A stretch of 64,000 nt of DNA, taken from the NCBI GenBank assembly GCA_964619305.1, contig CAZUDW010000001.1, positions 14,356 through 78,355 on the forward strand, read 5' to 3'. Within the stretch, counting starts at the first letter, position 1. Each line of letters opens with the position of its first letter. The position numbers and the translations under genes are program-made. The notes below the pieces were generated by a model, which made no database searches, was not told the origin of the DNA, and worked only from the letters and a program-made list of their open reading frames with translations. Of this stretch, positions 40,467-51,420 are shown one piece after another. Source of the DNA: an uncultured Flavobacteriales bacterium (GTDB lineage: Bacteria; Bacteroidota; Bacteroidia; Flavobacteriales_H; CAZUDW01).

Positions 40467-41057
40467 CTATCGGTATAATTTTTCTTTCTGTATGTACCCA
40501 AGAACGGATTTGGGCAAATCATTGCCAGTATCTTTTTCGTTTCTTAGCTTATCACGTATTTCTGTGGAAGAAACTGTATAAAACGGTGCATCCAACAGTA
40601 CAATATTTGAAGTCTGAATAAACGGAATGTCTGCGTGTGTTAACCTGCTTTCCTGAGCCCTAGGATAAACATAAATAATATAAGAACTAATAATTTTCTG
40701 ATAAGATTTCCACATGTCTAAATATTTAAAACTGTCAAGTCCCATCAAAAGAGCAAAAGATTTGTCTTCATATTGTCCAGACAATGATTCCAATGTATCA
40801 ATTGTGTAAGATGGCTGTGGTAAATGAAGTTCAACATCAGAAACCTTTAATAAAGGATGTTCCTTAACTGCCAACTCAAGCATTTTTATCCTGAAAGAAA
40901 CATCAATCAAATTCTTGTTGTTTTTTTTAAAAGGGTTTAACGGTGAAACAACAAACCACAATTCTTCAATTTCCGGCAGAGATGCTATATAATTGGCAAT
41001 GGCAATATGCCCGTTATGAACAGGATTAAACGATCCAAAATATAATACAGTAATCAA
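40467..41057 (-). CDS. nadD: Nicotinate-nucleotide adenylyltransferase
   Basis: 196 aa. GSFNPVHNGH (the (H/T)xGH nucleotidyltransferase motif). Confidence 0.9.
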   Translation of the reverse strand: MITVLYFGSFNPVHNGHIAIANYIASLPEIEELWFVVSPLNPFKKNNKNLIDVSFRIKMLELAVKEHPLLKVSDVELHLPQPSYTIDTLESLSGQYEDKSFALLMGLDSFKYLDMWKSYQKIISSYIIYVYPRAQESRLTHADIPFIQTSNIVLLDAPFYTVSSTEIRDKLRNEKDTGNDLPKSVLGYIQKEKLYR

Positions 41058-41623
41058 GATTTCAGGAATTGTCGCACCAGTTGTTCTGCATCAGCCTGAG
41101 CATGAATAATATCTTCATTGATCACAACTGCATCAAACATTGATGCTTGTTTTATTTCCTCCGCTGCTTTCTGAAGCCGCTGTTCAAGATTAGCTGAATC
41201 GCCCCTTTTTAACAATCTTGCTTTCAATTCATCTATAGAAGGTGGCATAACAAAAAGAGCTAATGAATTATCAGAGAATATTTTTTTTAAGTTTCCGGCA
41301 CCTTTTACATCTACATCAAAAATCACCGTCTTATCCTTTTTCCAAATGCGGGCTATTTCTGTTCTTAATGTGCCATAATAATGACCCTGATAAACTTCTT
41401 CCCACTCTATAAAAGCATCTTCCCCTATTTTTCTTTTGAACTCCTCAGTTGACAAAAAATAATAATCTTTCTCATGGATCTCAGTATTCCTTCTCTCCCT
41501 TGAACAAGCAGAGACAGAGAACTCCAACTCCGGTATCATTTTAAGCAAATGATGCACTATAGTTGTTTTCCCTGAACCTGATGGTGCAGACACAATAACA
41601 CACTTCCCTTCAACATTGTTCAT
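41054..41623 (-). CDS. gmk: Guanylate kinase
   Basis: 189 aa. P-loop SAPSGSGKTT and the GMP-binding ExxY/RxxR pattern. Overlaps the nadD start by 4 nt. Confidence 0.9.
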   Translation of the reverse strand: MNNVEGKCVIVSAPSGSGKTTIVHHLLKMIPELEFSVSACSRERRNTEIHEKDYYFLSTEEFKRKIGEDAFIEWEEVYQGHYYGTLRTEIARIWKKDKTVIFDVDVKGAGNLKKIFSDNSLALFVMPPSIDELKARLLKRGDSANLEQRLQKAAEEIKQASMFDAVVINEDIIHAQADAEQLVRQFLKS

Positions 41624-42486
41624 AGCACATTGAGCACTTGCTCTTTTATTTGTTCCAATGCATCTTTCATCAGAATCACCAACTTCTGAATTTCTGCATT
41701 ATTAGCTTTTGAGCCGATTGTATTAATCTCTCTACCCATTTCCTGAATAATAAACCCTAATTTTTTCCCTTTCGGTTCTGTATCTCCTATGGTTTCTTTG
41801 AAATAATCACAATGACTGGTAAGCCTTACCATTTCCTCATTTATATCAAGTTTTTCAAGGTAATAAATCAGTTCCTGCTCAAACCTGTCAATATCCGGAC
41901 TGATATTGTATTCCTGCATCCTGTTAAGCAGACGTTTTCGCACATTAATTGCCCTTTTTGGTTCAATTTTTTTAATTTTATCAAGATTGTGTTCTATAAT
42001 ATCAATGTGCTGCATTATGTCCTTTTCAAGCATTTTTCCTTCTTTTGCCCTGAACTTAATGAGATGATCAATTGCAGCAAGCATAGCTTTTTCTGTCAAA
42101 TTCCAATCGCTATTTTCTACAGATATCTTTTCATTTGAAATTACATCTGGCATTTTTAGAATCAATGATAAAATATCTGAAGATTGTGTATTAATATCCT
42201 GCTGCAAAGAATTCAATTCATCATAATATTTTTTTGCTAGTTCCCTGTTAATAATTTGATTTTTCCTGCTATTACCCCATTCTATGTTGAAATCAATATC
42301 CACTTTACCTCTTAATAGTTTCTTTCCTGCAACAGAACGCAGACAATCCTCTTTTTCCTTCAGGACAGAAGGCAAGTGTAGATTCAGATCAAGTTGTTTG
42401 CTATTTACAGAACGGGCTTCAACATTTAGAACAGCAAATGATAGATCTGATTCAGACTTCCCATACCCCGTCATAGATAAAATCAT
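41620..42486 (-). CDS. yicC: YicC/YloC family endoribonuclease
   Basis: 288 aa. MILSMTGYGKSE N-terminus typical of YicC_N, plus a C-terminal DUF1732-like region. Overlaps gmk by 4 nt. Confidence 0.85.
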   Translation of the reverse strand: MILSMTGYGKSESDLSFAVLNVEARSVNSKQLDLNLHLPSVLKEKEDCLRSVAGKKLLRGKVDIDFNIEWGNSRKNQIINRELAKKYYDELNSLQQDINTQSSDILSLILKMPDVISNEKISVENSDWNLTEKAMLAAIDHLIKFRAKEGKMLEKDIMQHIDIIEHNLDKIKKIEPKRAINVRKRLLNRMQEYNISPDIDRFEQELIYYLEKLDINEEMVRLTSHCDYFKETIGDTEPKGKKLGFIIQEMGREINTIGSKANNAEIQKLVILMKDALEQIKEQVLNVL

Positions 42487-42584
42487 ATTCTTTTATATTA
42501 TAGCAAGATTTGAACAAATCTAATAAAAGGAATTGATAAAACTTTCATGATGTTCCCAAGATAATCTTGCAAATGCAACACTTG

Positions 42585-44318
42585 TTATAAATCATTTTTA
42601 TCTACTATAAATTTCCCTATCACCAGGTAATCAATATCAGCTCTCAGGAAACTATCCATTGAGTCAAAAGGTGAGCAAACGATTGGTTCACCTTTGATAT
42701 TAAAAGAGGTATTGATCAGGCAGGAAATACCGGTTTCCCGTTTAAATGCCATAAGAAGTTCCCACATTTCAGGATTCTCCCTTTTATTTACTGTTTGTAC
42801 TCTGACCGTGTTATCAATGTGGGTAATACCCGGCAATTGTTTTCTGTATTCCTTATTTACAAAATATACTTTCAACATATACGGAGATGGATAAGCGGAA
42901 CTAAAATATTTGCCACAATCTTCCTCCAGAACAATCGCAGCAAAAGGTCTGAATCCTTCTCTGAATTTCACTCTTGCATTGAGTACATCTTTGGCATCTT
43001 GAAGTATTGGATTAGCCAATATACTCCTGTTTCCTAATGCACGTGGTCCGAATTCTAACCTTCCCTGATGCCAGCCAACGATGTTTCCTGCAGCAAGTTG
43101 ATTAGCAATAAATTGATATTGGTTGTCCATCTTCCGATAAGGGACACCCGCTTTTATTAATTCATTTTCGCAATCTTTATCAGTATAACCCGGGCCTAAA
43201 AAGGCAGAATTCATTTTATAAACCCTATTATTATTCAAATAATGGCGGTAAAGTAACATTGCACTCCCCAGCGAAGTGCCCGAATCACCGGCAGCAGGTT
43301 GAATGAAAATGTTATCGAACAAACCACTGCTTACAAGAAGGCCATTGGCAACCGAATTCAAAGCTACTCCTCCCGCCATGCATAGATTTTTCAATGATGT
43401 TTTTTCCCTGAGATGTGTTGCTATATGGAAAATAATATCTTCGGTAAGATGTTGAACTGCTGCAGCAATATTAAGTTCATGTTCATTCCAACCGCCTTGT
43501 TCTTTTCTTGATTGTCCAAACAATCGTTCAAATTTACTGCTTACACCTGTCTTACGTGTATAATGATAGGTAAAATAGCTCATGTCCAGACTAAATGTAC
43601 CTTTCTTTTTTAATACAACTAATTTTTTCATTTGATTATATTCCTCCGCATTTTTATCTCCGTATGATGCAAGACCCATGAGCTTACCCGGCCCCGTAAT
43701 CAATTGGAACCCAAGATGCCTGGAGATTGCCTGGTACATGGCACCAATTGAATGAGGTGTTTTAGTTTCACTTATTTTTTTTATTCTGTTGCCTTCACCT
43801 TTCGCCATTAGAGCAGTGGCCCATTCTCCAGCCCCATCAATTGTTAATATTGCTGCCTGATCGAATCCGGAAGGGTAGAAAGCACTTGCAGCATGGCACA
43901 AATGATGTTCTAATAGATGAAATTTGAAATGGCTTTTCTTTTTGCCCCCAAATAATTCATTTATAGTTTTAGGGAGCTTTCTCATATCGCTTAAATAATT
44001 TAACATCCCAAGATTCTCTTCGACTGTAAAGTTTCTCTGTTCTTTTAATAACAATGGTACTTTATTCCAGTATTTAAACAGAAAGTTGGGAATATGTAAA
44101 TATGATATAGATGGTTTCCAGGAGAATGTTATATGATCCACATCGGCTAATTTCAGATCCTCATGATCCAAACAAGCTTTAATTGAATGAACTGGCAGTC
44201 CGCCATAATGTTTTTTACGGTTAAGTCGTTCTTCTTCTACAGCAAATAACACATTCCCATCTGAAACGATAGTTGCAGCAGCATCATGCCCGAAACAGTT
44301 GAACCCCAATACGATCAT
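42585..44318 (-). CDS. Carbamoyltransferase (NodU/CmcH family)
   Basis: 577 aa. N-terminal ASKHA-fold signature GFNCFGHDAAATIV…AVEEERLNRKKH, central HHLCHAASAF, and a C-terminal YrdC-like region. Confidence 0.85.
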   Translation of the reverse strand: MIVLGFNCFGHDAAATIVSDGNVLFAVEEERLNRKKHYGGLPVHSIKACLDHEDLKLADVDHITFSWKPSISYLHIPNFLFKYWNKVPLLLKEQRNFTVEENLGMLNYLSDMRKLPKTINELFGGKKKSHFKFHLLEHHLCHAASAFYPSGFDQAAILTIDGAGEWATALMAKGEGNRIKKISETKTPHSIGAMYQAISRHLGFQLITGPGKLMGLASYGDKNAEEYNQMKKLVVLKKKGTFSLDMSYFTYHYTRKTGVSSKFERLFGQSRKEQGGWNEHELNIAAAVQHLTEDIIFHIATHLREKTSLKNLCMAGGVALNSVANGLLVSSGLFDNIFIQPAAGDSGTSLGSAMLLYRHYLNNNRVYKMNSAFLGPGYTDKDCENELIKAGVPYRKMDNQYQFIANQLAAGNIVGWHQGRLEFGPRALGNRSILANPILQDAKDVLNARVKFREGFRPFAAIVLEEDCGKYFSSAYPSPYMLKVYFVNKEYRKQLPGITHIDNTVRVQTVNKRENPEMWELLMAFKRETGISCLINTSFNIKGEPIVCSPFDSMDSFLRADIDYLVIGKFIVDKNDL

Positions 44319-46276
44319 TGTCCTTTCATTTCTTGCTCTGCATTTTTAGCTGCAACGGCAATATTAAGATTGTTAGTTGCCAAATCGTAATCCGGCTTTA
44401 TTTTAAGCGCCTGATTGCAAGCTTCTATTGCCAGATCCCATTGTTGCAGTTCATTATATGCGGAACAAATATTATTATATGCCAATGCATAATCGGGTTT
44501 TAGCTCAAGAGACTTCTTTGCGGCTGTGATACATTCTTTGAATTTCCCATTATTATAATAGGCAAGACTGAGATTCAGATAAGTTTCAGGTGAAGGATCG
44601 GTATGAACTTTTTCCAGTGCTAACTCTACACCGTTGTCAGCACGATAGCTTTTCATACTGTCTAAAGTATTCAAAAGAGAAGAGGCAAGAATATGTCCGG
44701 GACTTATTTCCAAACACTTATTAAGTAATGATTTAGCTTCTTCCATCCTGCCTTGTTCAGAAAGCCATTTTGCATAGAAATAATATGCTTCAGGATTCAT
44801 GAAACCATATTGTATTCCATTTTTGAAATAATATTCTGCCTCATCGTTTCTCTTCATTGCCCCCAGCAGAACACCCATATTAATATGAATATACGAATAA
44901 TATGGCCACAATTTTAAAGCTGTTTTAAAATATTTCAGAGATTCCTCATATTTACCTTTTGACATTAAGGCATTTCCATAATTCATTAATCCCCTGGCAT
45001 TTCCCGGAGATTTGACTGCCACATCATGCCATAAAAGTTCTCCACTACTCCATATATGACATCTTTTACGAGTCCCGTAAGCTTGCAAAACGAATATCAG
45101 GCAAAGTGAAGAAATAAACACCGATACAAGATGCTTTTTCTTAATCCATGAATAGAAATGAGCGCCTAAACAACCTAGTGACATTGCCAACCCAATATAG
45201 GGAAAAAAGGTGCGATGATCATTTAAAACTTCTCCCAAAGGGAATATACTTGAAGTTGGTAAAAGGGTTATTAAAAACCAAAAAATCCCATATGAAAAAG
45301 GCCTCCATGTTTTTTTTTTCAAACCCAAAAAGGCCAAAAACAACATGGTTCCAATGAATATTATACCGATAAAAACTCTGTCATCATAATAATTGGTAAT
45401 GGCTTTCCAATCAGTATCTGCAACAAGATTAACAGGTAATATAAAATTATTGAAATAATGCACAATAACAAATGGCTGGGTTATCAAATAATCCATCCTC
45501 GAGATATTTGTGGGTGTCCATGTGTCAGGTGTCATCTGTCTGGAAAGGATAAACAAACCTAAAGCAATGGCCATTCCCGGCAAAACGGCAAGCAGTGCTT
45601 TGCTAAAGTTCTTCCAAGCTTTTTTGTATTTCGTGCCGGTATAGTCTGTTTTATTAAAAATCAATTCATATACAAAAATCAACGGTACCAGCATTATCGC
45701 AGGTTCTTTTACAAAAAAGCCAATTATCATTGGCAATAAATACAATTGATATTGTCTTTTTTTGGGATAATACAAGTAAATATTTATCCCGATAATTACC
45801 ATTAAAGTTGAGAAAGAATCCGAACGAGCAATAATATAATTGATCGTTTCTGCATTGGAAGGATGTAAACCATAAAATGCTGCTGCAAACAGGGCAATCC
45901 ATTTGTTTGACAGTCTTTCCTGAACAAGATTAAATATCTTTCTAAACAGGAAAAACAACATAATCAATAAAAGAATATATGAACAGAAAACAGATATGTG
46001 AAACTGCAAAGGATTTGCTCCATTTGCTATCCAATAATCTATTGCATTTAATGTTGTCAGGCCTGGTCTGTAAGCCTGGTTTGCAGGAAGTGAACTTGTT
46101 GTAGTTGCATCTTTAAAAAAAAGAGGAATATTCTTTAAATCCCTAATGTATTTGTTGGTCACTATTGTATGTTCATCATCGAATTGAAATGGATTATGAA
46201 AATGACCTGAATAGGAAGCGTATAAAAGCAACAATAGAAGACTTGCTGATATATTCCATATTACCCCTTTTTTCAT
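44315..46276 (-). CDS. TMTC-like multi-pass membrane protein (DUF1736, GT-C-like) with C-terminal TPR repeats
   Basis: 653 aa. Multi-TM N-half with FQFDDEHTIVTN, YRPG and HPSNAETI motifs, and a C-terminal TPR array. Its stop overlaps the carbamoyltransferase start (ATGA, 44315-44318). Confidence 0.75.
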   Translation of the reverse strand: MKKGVIWNISASLLLLLLYASYSGHFHNPFQFDDEHTIVTNKYIRDLKNIPLFFKDATTTSSLPANQAYRPGLTTLNAIDYWIANGANPLQFHISVFCSYILLLIMLFFLFRKIFNLVQERLSNKWIALFAAAFYGLHPSNAETINYIIARSDSFSTLMVIIGINIYLYYPKKRQYQLYLLPMIIGFFVKEPAIMLVPLIFVYELIFNKTDYTGTKYKKAWKNFSKALLAVLPGMAIALGLFILSRQMTPDTWTPTNISRMDYLITQPFVIVHYFNNFILPVNLVADTDWKAITNYYDDRVFIGIIFIGTMLFLAFLGLKKKTWRPFSYGIFWFLITLLPTSSIFPLGEVLNDHRTFFPYIGLAMSLGCLGAHFYSWIKKKHLVSVFISSLCLIFVLQAYGTRKRCHIWSSGELLWHDVAVKSPGNARGLMNYGNALMSKGKYEESLKYFKTALKLWPYYSYIHINMGVLLGAMKRNDEAEYYFKNGIQYGFMNPEAYYFYAKWLSEQGRMEEAKSLLNKCLEISPGHILASSLLNTLDSMKSYRADNGVELALEKVHTDPSPETYLNLSLAYYNNGKFKECITAAKKSLELKPDYALAYNNICSAYNELQQWDLAIEACNQALKIKPDYDLATNNLNIAVAAKNAEQEMKGQ

Positions 46277-46377
46277 TACCTGTTAATTTGTTCGTCAAAG
46301 ATAGAAAAACGATCTGGTGAACTTAAATTGCATTTTATTCCATTGATGAATTCTACATAACTTTGGCAATTTAAATA

Positions 46378-47232
46378 ATGGAAAATAATAATACGTCTGC
46401 TGAAGAAACCCAAATGACCTTCCTGGAACATTTGGAAGAGTTAAGATGGCATTTAATCAGGTCTGCAGCAGCGATTATGATCTTAGCAATCATAGCATTT
46501 CTTTCAAAAGGGTTTGTTTTTGATTCAGTCGTTTTTGCTCCAATGCAAGAGCAGTTTATTACATTCAAAGTATTGTGCCTTCTTTCTCATAAACTTCATT
46601 TACTTATTCCCGCCCTGGTAAGCGATGATTTGATTTGTATTGGAAAAGCCATTCCCGGATTGCAGAATATCAGCATGGCAGGGCAATTTGCAACTCATAT
46701 CATGGTTTCTATCATTACAGGATTTATAATCGCCTTTCCTTATGTTTTCTGGGAAATGTGGAGATTCATACAGCCAGCATTGAAACGAAATGAACAAAAG
46801 CAGACCAAAGGAGTTGTGCTGTCTTCTTCATTTTTATTCATTATAGGCGCTTTATTCGGTTATTTCATTATAGTACCTCTTTCTGTGAATTTTCTTGCAA
46901 CATATAGTGTAAGTGAGTCTGTAAAGACTATCCCAACTTTATCAAGCTATATAACAACTGTAACTATGATCACTTTGGCATGTGCAATCATTTTTCAACT
47001 ACCTTTACTTGTTGTGTTCCTGAGTAAATGGGGGCTAATTTCGCCCACTTTTCTAAAAAAATTCAGAAAACATGCTATTGTAGTTGCTCTAATCGTTTCT
47101 GCTATTATAACACCTCCTGATGTATTCAGTCAGATTCTTGTTGGATTACCATTGTTGTTATTATATGAAGTTAGCATATGGCTTTCCGCAACTGTAATGA
47201 GAAAAGAGAAAAAACGATTAAAGACTAATTGA
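46378..47232 (+). CDS. tatC: Twin-arginine translocase subunit TatC
   Basis: 284 aa. FLEHLEELRWHL N-terminus and six TM helices. Confidence 0.9.
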   Translation: MENNNTSAEETQMTFLEHLEELRWHLIRSAAAIMILAIIAFLSKGFVFDSVVFAPMQEQFITFKVLCLLSHKLHLLIPALVSDDLICIGKAIPGLQNISMAGQFATHIMVSIITGFIIAFPYVFWEMWRFIQPALKRNEQKQTKGVVLSSSFLFIIGALFGYFIIVPLSVNFLATYSVSESVKTIPTLSSYITTVTMITLACAIIFQLPLLVVFLSKWGLISPTFLKKFRKHAIVVALIVSAIITPPDVFSQILVGLPLLLLYEVSIWLSATVMRKEKKRLKTN

Positions 47233-47361
47233 TCTGCTATAAATTTGGTTTTTGGATAAATATCATTAACTGATGTTACGCAAATCCATAAGTTTCTGTT
47301 TTTTCTAACCAGTAGAATACACAAAGTTTTTACACAGAGGTTTCAAAGTGCCATTAATTAT

Positions 47362-47391
47362 TTATGGCTATGCTCTAAGATATAGCCATAA
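47362..47391. other. Perfect 10-bp inverted repeat (ttatggctat-N10-atagccataa) 130 nt downstream of tatC
   Basis: Seen directly. No U-tract follows, so it is not a canonical intrinsic terminator; it may be a protein-binding palindrome or an RNA hairpin. Confidence 0.4.
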
Positions 47392-47450
47392 TAAACCATC
47401 ACAGGAAAGCAAATGATCTTCAATAGATTGATAAGAAAAGCGAGCACAAA

Positions 47451-47527
47451 CCCCCGCCACAGCGTCTTCTGAAGCAATAAAAATAGTTCTCCCGTGCCAC
47501 GGGGGCATTCAACGGTGAGACGGGAGA
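47451..47527 (+). other. GC-rich segment with interleaved complementary blocks (pseudoknot-like), in the 5' leader of the DUF5686 OMP gene
   Basis: cccccg(47451-56)/cggggg(47500-05) and tctcccgt(47488-95)/acgggaga(47520-27) interleave. Local GC is far above the window average. Two GCCAC motifs are present. Confidence 0.3.
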
Positions 47528-47670
47528 AAGGGTTTTTGTGCTTAACGAAAGGATTTTTCAGGAAATATTTGGTTTTATAATCAGAAATACAGTAAATTTA
47601 TATAAATACATTCTATAAACAAAAACACAGATACTTGTCTCATTAATCTGCCGGCTTTTTAACATCCATA

Positions 47671-50214
47671 TTGAGGATTTATCATAATCTTTGCGCAAGG
47701 TCAGTGAATAAAAGAGTGATATTTAAACAAACACATCCATTTACTCTGAATAATATATGCTGGATTATTTGTATCCTTAGTGCCATCCTTATGCCAAAAA
47801 CAGTTGTGTCACAAAAAACCGTTATCACCGGGAAGGTATATGATAAAGAAACCGGAGAGCCTCTGTCATTTGTTAATGTCGTATTTAAAAACAGTAAAAT
47901 CGGATCAAGTACAGACTTAAACGGCAAATACCGTATTGAGACTTACTATGTTACAGATTCATTGATATGCTCATTTGTCGGGTACAAAAAACTTAGTAAG
48001 AAAGTGAGAAAAGATGTTACCCAGGTCATAGATTTTCCAATGGAACAAAGCAGCATAGAATTGCATGAATTTGTTGTAAAGGCCGATAAAAAAGAAGAGA
48101 ACCCGGCACACAAAATATTGAGAAGGGTAATTGCAAATAAAAAAGTGAATAATCGGGAAAAACTAAATGCATATCAATATGAAACTTACAATAAAATTGA
48201 ATTTGATTTAAATAATATTACAGAAGAATATAGAAATAAAAGAGTTTTCAAACCTTTTCAGTTTGTTTTCGATTATATTGATACAACAGAATCAAAAGAC
48301 TTTCTTCCATTATTTATGGTTGAGAATATTTCAGACTATTATTTCAGAAAAAACCCAAAATCACAAAAAGAGGTTATTAAAGCTACAAAAGTGTCAGGTG
48401 TGACAAACGAAAGCATCTCACAGTTTTTAGGTGACATGTATCAGAACATGAATATTTATAATAATTACGTGACTTTTTTTCATAAAAGTTTTATCAGTCC
48501 AATTGCTGATTTTGGTTTGTTCTCATACAGGTATTATTTGTTAGACAGTGCTTACCTTGGCAAAAATTGGTGCTATAAAATCCGATTTCTCCCCAAACGT
48601 AAACATGAGTTGACCTTTATGGGAGATATGTGGATCAATGATACCACTTATGCAATCAAACAAATCGAAACAACTATATCAGAAGATGCTAACATTAATT
48701 TCATAAATGAATTTTCCGTAGAACAACAGTATGAACAAGTTGAAAAAGAAGTATGGATGCTTACCAAAGAGAAATTGGTTGTAGATTTTACACTTACCGA
48801 TAATACTATAGGATTATATGGAAGGAAAACCACCTATTACAGGAATTTTATTATAAATGAACCAAAAGAAGATGAATTTTATTTTGGTGCCGAGAATATC
48901 ATAGTTAAAGATGGTGCAAATGATATGGATGATGCATACTGGGATTCTACAAGATATGAAGATCTTACAAAACAGGAGAAGGATATTTATGCAATGGTAG
49001 ATACAATTAAACAAGTACCGGCTTTCCGTACCTACTATGATCTTATTTTTATGTTTACAACAGGATATAAGGAATGGGGAAATTTTGAATTAGGACCATA
49101 TTTTACTGCATATAGTTTCAACCCGATAGAAGGAAACCGCTTTAGAATCGGAGGACGTACCAGCAATAAATTCAGTACACGGATTATGCCCGAATTATAT
49201 CTTGCTTACGGAACAAGAGATAATAAATTTAAGTATGGAGGTAATTTTATTTATATGCTATCAAAGAAACCAAGAATGACACTTGGTGCTTCTTATAAAA
49301 ACGACATAGAGCAACTTGGTCAAAGTTCCAATGCCTGGAGGCATGACAATATCATTGCATCTATTTTCAGAAGATCCCCAAATTATGAGCTCAACGGATT
49401 TGAGGAGTATAGTGGTTATTATGAGAAAGAGTGGTTTCAGGGGTTATCAAATATATTCACTTTTAAGCATCGTACTATTTGGCCGGTAGGAGACACCTTA
49501 GAATTTGTACATCAATCATCTGATGGCAGTTTAACAGAGATCAATGATATTACAACTACAGAACTCAGTTTGTACATGCGTTTTGCTTATAAAGAAAAAT
49601 ATGTTTTTTACGAATTTGAACGCTCCAGCCTAGGCACCAAATACCCGATAATTCAATTACAATATACACTTGGATTAAAAGACGTCTTTCAGAGTGATTA
49701 TGATTATCATCGTTTATTATTGAACATTAGCGATAAACTTCAATTGAGTCCATTAGGGTATAGCGAATTCTCTATTGAGGCGGGTAAGGTTTGGGGAAAC
49801 CTTCCATTCCCTTTACTGACTTTACATAATGGAAATGAAACATATTATTATGATCAAATGGCTTTCAATCTTATGAATTATTATGAATTTATCAGTGATG
49901 AATATGTCAGTTTCTCTTTAACACATAGATTCAATGGTTTATTTTTAAATAAAATTCCCTTATTACGCAAATTAAAGTGGAGAGAAGTGGTGAGCGGTAA
50001 AGCAGTGTATGGTCATCTGAATGAAAAGAGCCGGGATATCCTGGTCTTTCCAAAAGGTCTTACTGGTTTATCTAAACCATATATAGAAGCAGGGGTAGGG
50101 ATTGAAAATATTTTGAAGATTTTCAGGATAGATGCACTATGGAGATTAAGTTATCTTGACAATCCAAGGATAACCAAGTTCGGAATACGTACTATGTTTG
50201 TATTTCAATTCTGA
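47671..50214 (+). CDS. Carboxypeptidase-regulatory-like domain + DUF5686-type outer-membrane protein
   Basis: 847 aa (TTG start per the ORF track; in-frame GTG at 47716 is an alternative). Signal peptide, N-terminal CarboxypepD_reg-like motif ([19 protein letters not shown]), and a large C-terminal beta-rich domain ending in an aromatic residue. Confidence 0.65.
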   Translation: MRIYHNLCARSVNKRVIFKQTHPFTLNNICWIICILSAILMPKTVVSQKTVITGKVYDKETGEPLSFVNVVFKNSKIGSSTDLNGKYRIETYYVTDSLICSFVGYKKLSKKVRKDVTQVIDFPMEQSSIELHEFVVKADKKEENPAHKILRRVIANKKVNNREKLNAYQYETYNKIEFDLNNITEEYRNKRVFKPFQFVFDYIDTTESKDFLPLFMVENISDYYFRKNPKSQKEVIKATKVSGVTNESISQFLGDMYQNMNIYNNYVTFFHKSFISPIADFGLFSYRYYLLDSAYLGKNWCYKIRFLPKRKHELTFMGDMWINDTTYAIKQIETTISEDANINFINEFSVEQQYEQVEKEVWMLTKEKLVVDFTLTDNTIGLYGRKTTYYRNFIINEPKEDEFYFGAENIIVKDGANDMDDAYWDSTRYEDLTKQEKDIYAMVDTIKQVPAFRTYYDLIFMFTTGYKEWGNFELGPYFTAYSFNPIEGNRFRIGGRTSNKFSTRIMPELYLAYGTRDNKFKYGGNFIYMLSKKPRMTLGASYKNDIEQLGQSSNAWRHDNIIASIFRRSPNYELNGFEEYSGYYEKEWFQGLSNIFTFKHRTIWPVGDTLEFVHQSSDGSLTEINDITTTELSLYMRFAYKEKYVFYEFERSSLGTKYPIIQLQYTLGLKDVFQSDYDYHRLLLNISDKLQLSPLGYSEFSIEAGKVWGNLPFPLLTLHNGNETYYYDQMAFNLMNYYEFISDEYVSFSLTHRFNGLFLNKIPLLRKLKWREVVSGKAVYGHLNEKSRDILVFPKGLTGLSKPYIEAGVGIENILKIFRIDALWRLSYLDNPRITKFGIRTMFVFQF

Positions 50215-50222
50215 TAAATATC

Positions 50223-50975
50223 ATGCAATTAATAGCAAAAAATCTGGTCAAAAGCTACAAAGCAAGAAAAGTAGTTAATAATGTATCCATTACTGTATCA
50301 CAAGGAGAAATTGTAGGATTACTGGGGCCTAACGGAGCAGGTAAAACGACTTGTTTTTATATGATAGTTGGGATTATAAAAGCAAACTCCGGAATCATTT
50401 ATCTAGATGATAAAAAGATTACAGACGAACCAATGTATAAAAGGGCAAGGATGGGCATAGGCTATTTACCACAAGAAGCATCTGTCTTTAGGAAATTAAG
50501 TGTTGAAAATAACATCATGGCTGTACTGCAAATGACATCTTTGTCAAAAAATGAACAGAAGTTAAAACTGGAATCACTTATTGATGAGTTGGGACTTGAA
50601 CATGTCAGAAATAATAGAGGGGATCTACTCTCAGGTGGAGAAAGGAGAAGAACTGAAATTGCCCGTTCCTTAGCTGTTGATCCCAAATTTATCCTCCTGG
50701 ATGAACCATTTGCCGGTGTTGACCCTATAGCAGTTGAAGATATTCAATCTATAGTTGCTAAGCTAAAAGAAAAGAACATCGGTATCCTTATAACTGACCA
50801 TAACGTTCAGGAAACCCTTTCGATAACAGACAGAGCATATTTATTATTTGAAGGAGAAATTCTTAAACAAGGTTCTGCTGAAGAACTTGCTCAAGACAAA
50901 CAAGTTCGTAAAGTATATTTAGGAAGTAGTTTTCAACTCAGAAATAAAAGCCATCCATTTGGTAATAATTTCTAA
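50223..50975 (+). CDS. lptB: LPS export ABC transporter ATP-binding protein
   Basis: 250 aa. Walker [13 protein letters not shown] signature LSGGERRR, Walker B ILLDEP. Lies 8 nt after the OMP gene. Confidence 0.9.
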   Translation: MQLIAKNLVKSYKARKVVNNVSITVSQGEIVGLLGPNGAGKTTCFYMIVGIIKANSGIIYLDDKKITDEPMYKRARMGIGYLPQEASVFRKLSVENNIMAVLQMTSLSKNEQKLKLESLIDELGLEHVRNNRGDLLSGGERRRTEIARSLAVDPKFILLDEPFAGVDPIAVEDIQSIVAKLKEKNIGILITDHNVQETLSITDRAYLLFEGEILKQGSAEELAQDKQVRKVYLGSSFQLRNKSHPFGNNF

Positions 50976-51161
50976 TTGCCCTGATAGATTATTATACTAA
51001 CAGATCATTAAACTACTTCAATCTCAACAACATCCATCTGGAAGATTGTTTTATTCAATTCAAGTTTTCAACAGGAACTAAAATTTTGTTGAAAAATAAG
51101 AAAAACTACTAACACTGGAAACCGTAGAAATACCGTATTTTCATTGCCAATTTACTAAGAT

Positions 51162-51407
51162 ATGGGTTCAACTGAGTTTTCAAATTATTACAATAAACCA
51201 TGTCGATTTAAATTAAAATCGGGCAAAGAGGTGTTTGGTGTTATTTGGGAAGATATTGTAAATGGGAATAAAGAGTATTTCTTTGCCAGTTCAAGCGAAT
51301 ATCAGGCATTTATTAAATCAGGAAACCTTCTGAATCCCACACCAAAACTTCGACCTATTAAGATGGATATTAGTGAGGTTTTAGCTGCCAAACGTATTGA
51401 AATATAA
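51162..51407 (+). CDS. Small hypothetical protein (81 aa)
   Basis: Standalone ORF in an otherwise empty 440-nt gap. No recognisable motif; it may be spurious. Confidence 0.25.
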   Translation: MGSTEFSNYYNKPCRFKLKSGKEVFGVIWEDIVNGNKEYFFASSSEYQAFIKSGNLLNPTPKLRPIKMDISEVLAAKRIEI

Positions 51408-51420
51408 TATATCTGATCTA

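Noticed and set aside
47233-47670. Cobalamin riboswitch, RNase P RNA or SRP RNA
   Set aside because: GCCAC(A/G)G and GGGAGAAAGGG strings loosely resemble the B12-box and RNase P CR-IV, but the other conserved blocks (AGGAAAGUCCGGGC, GGUAAGAGCGCACC, SRP GGAAGCAGCC) are absent. The downstream gene is not a BtuB-type receptor.
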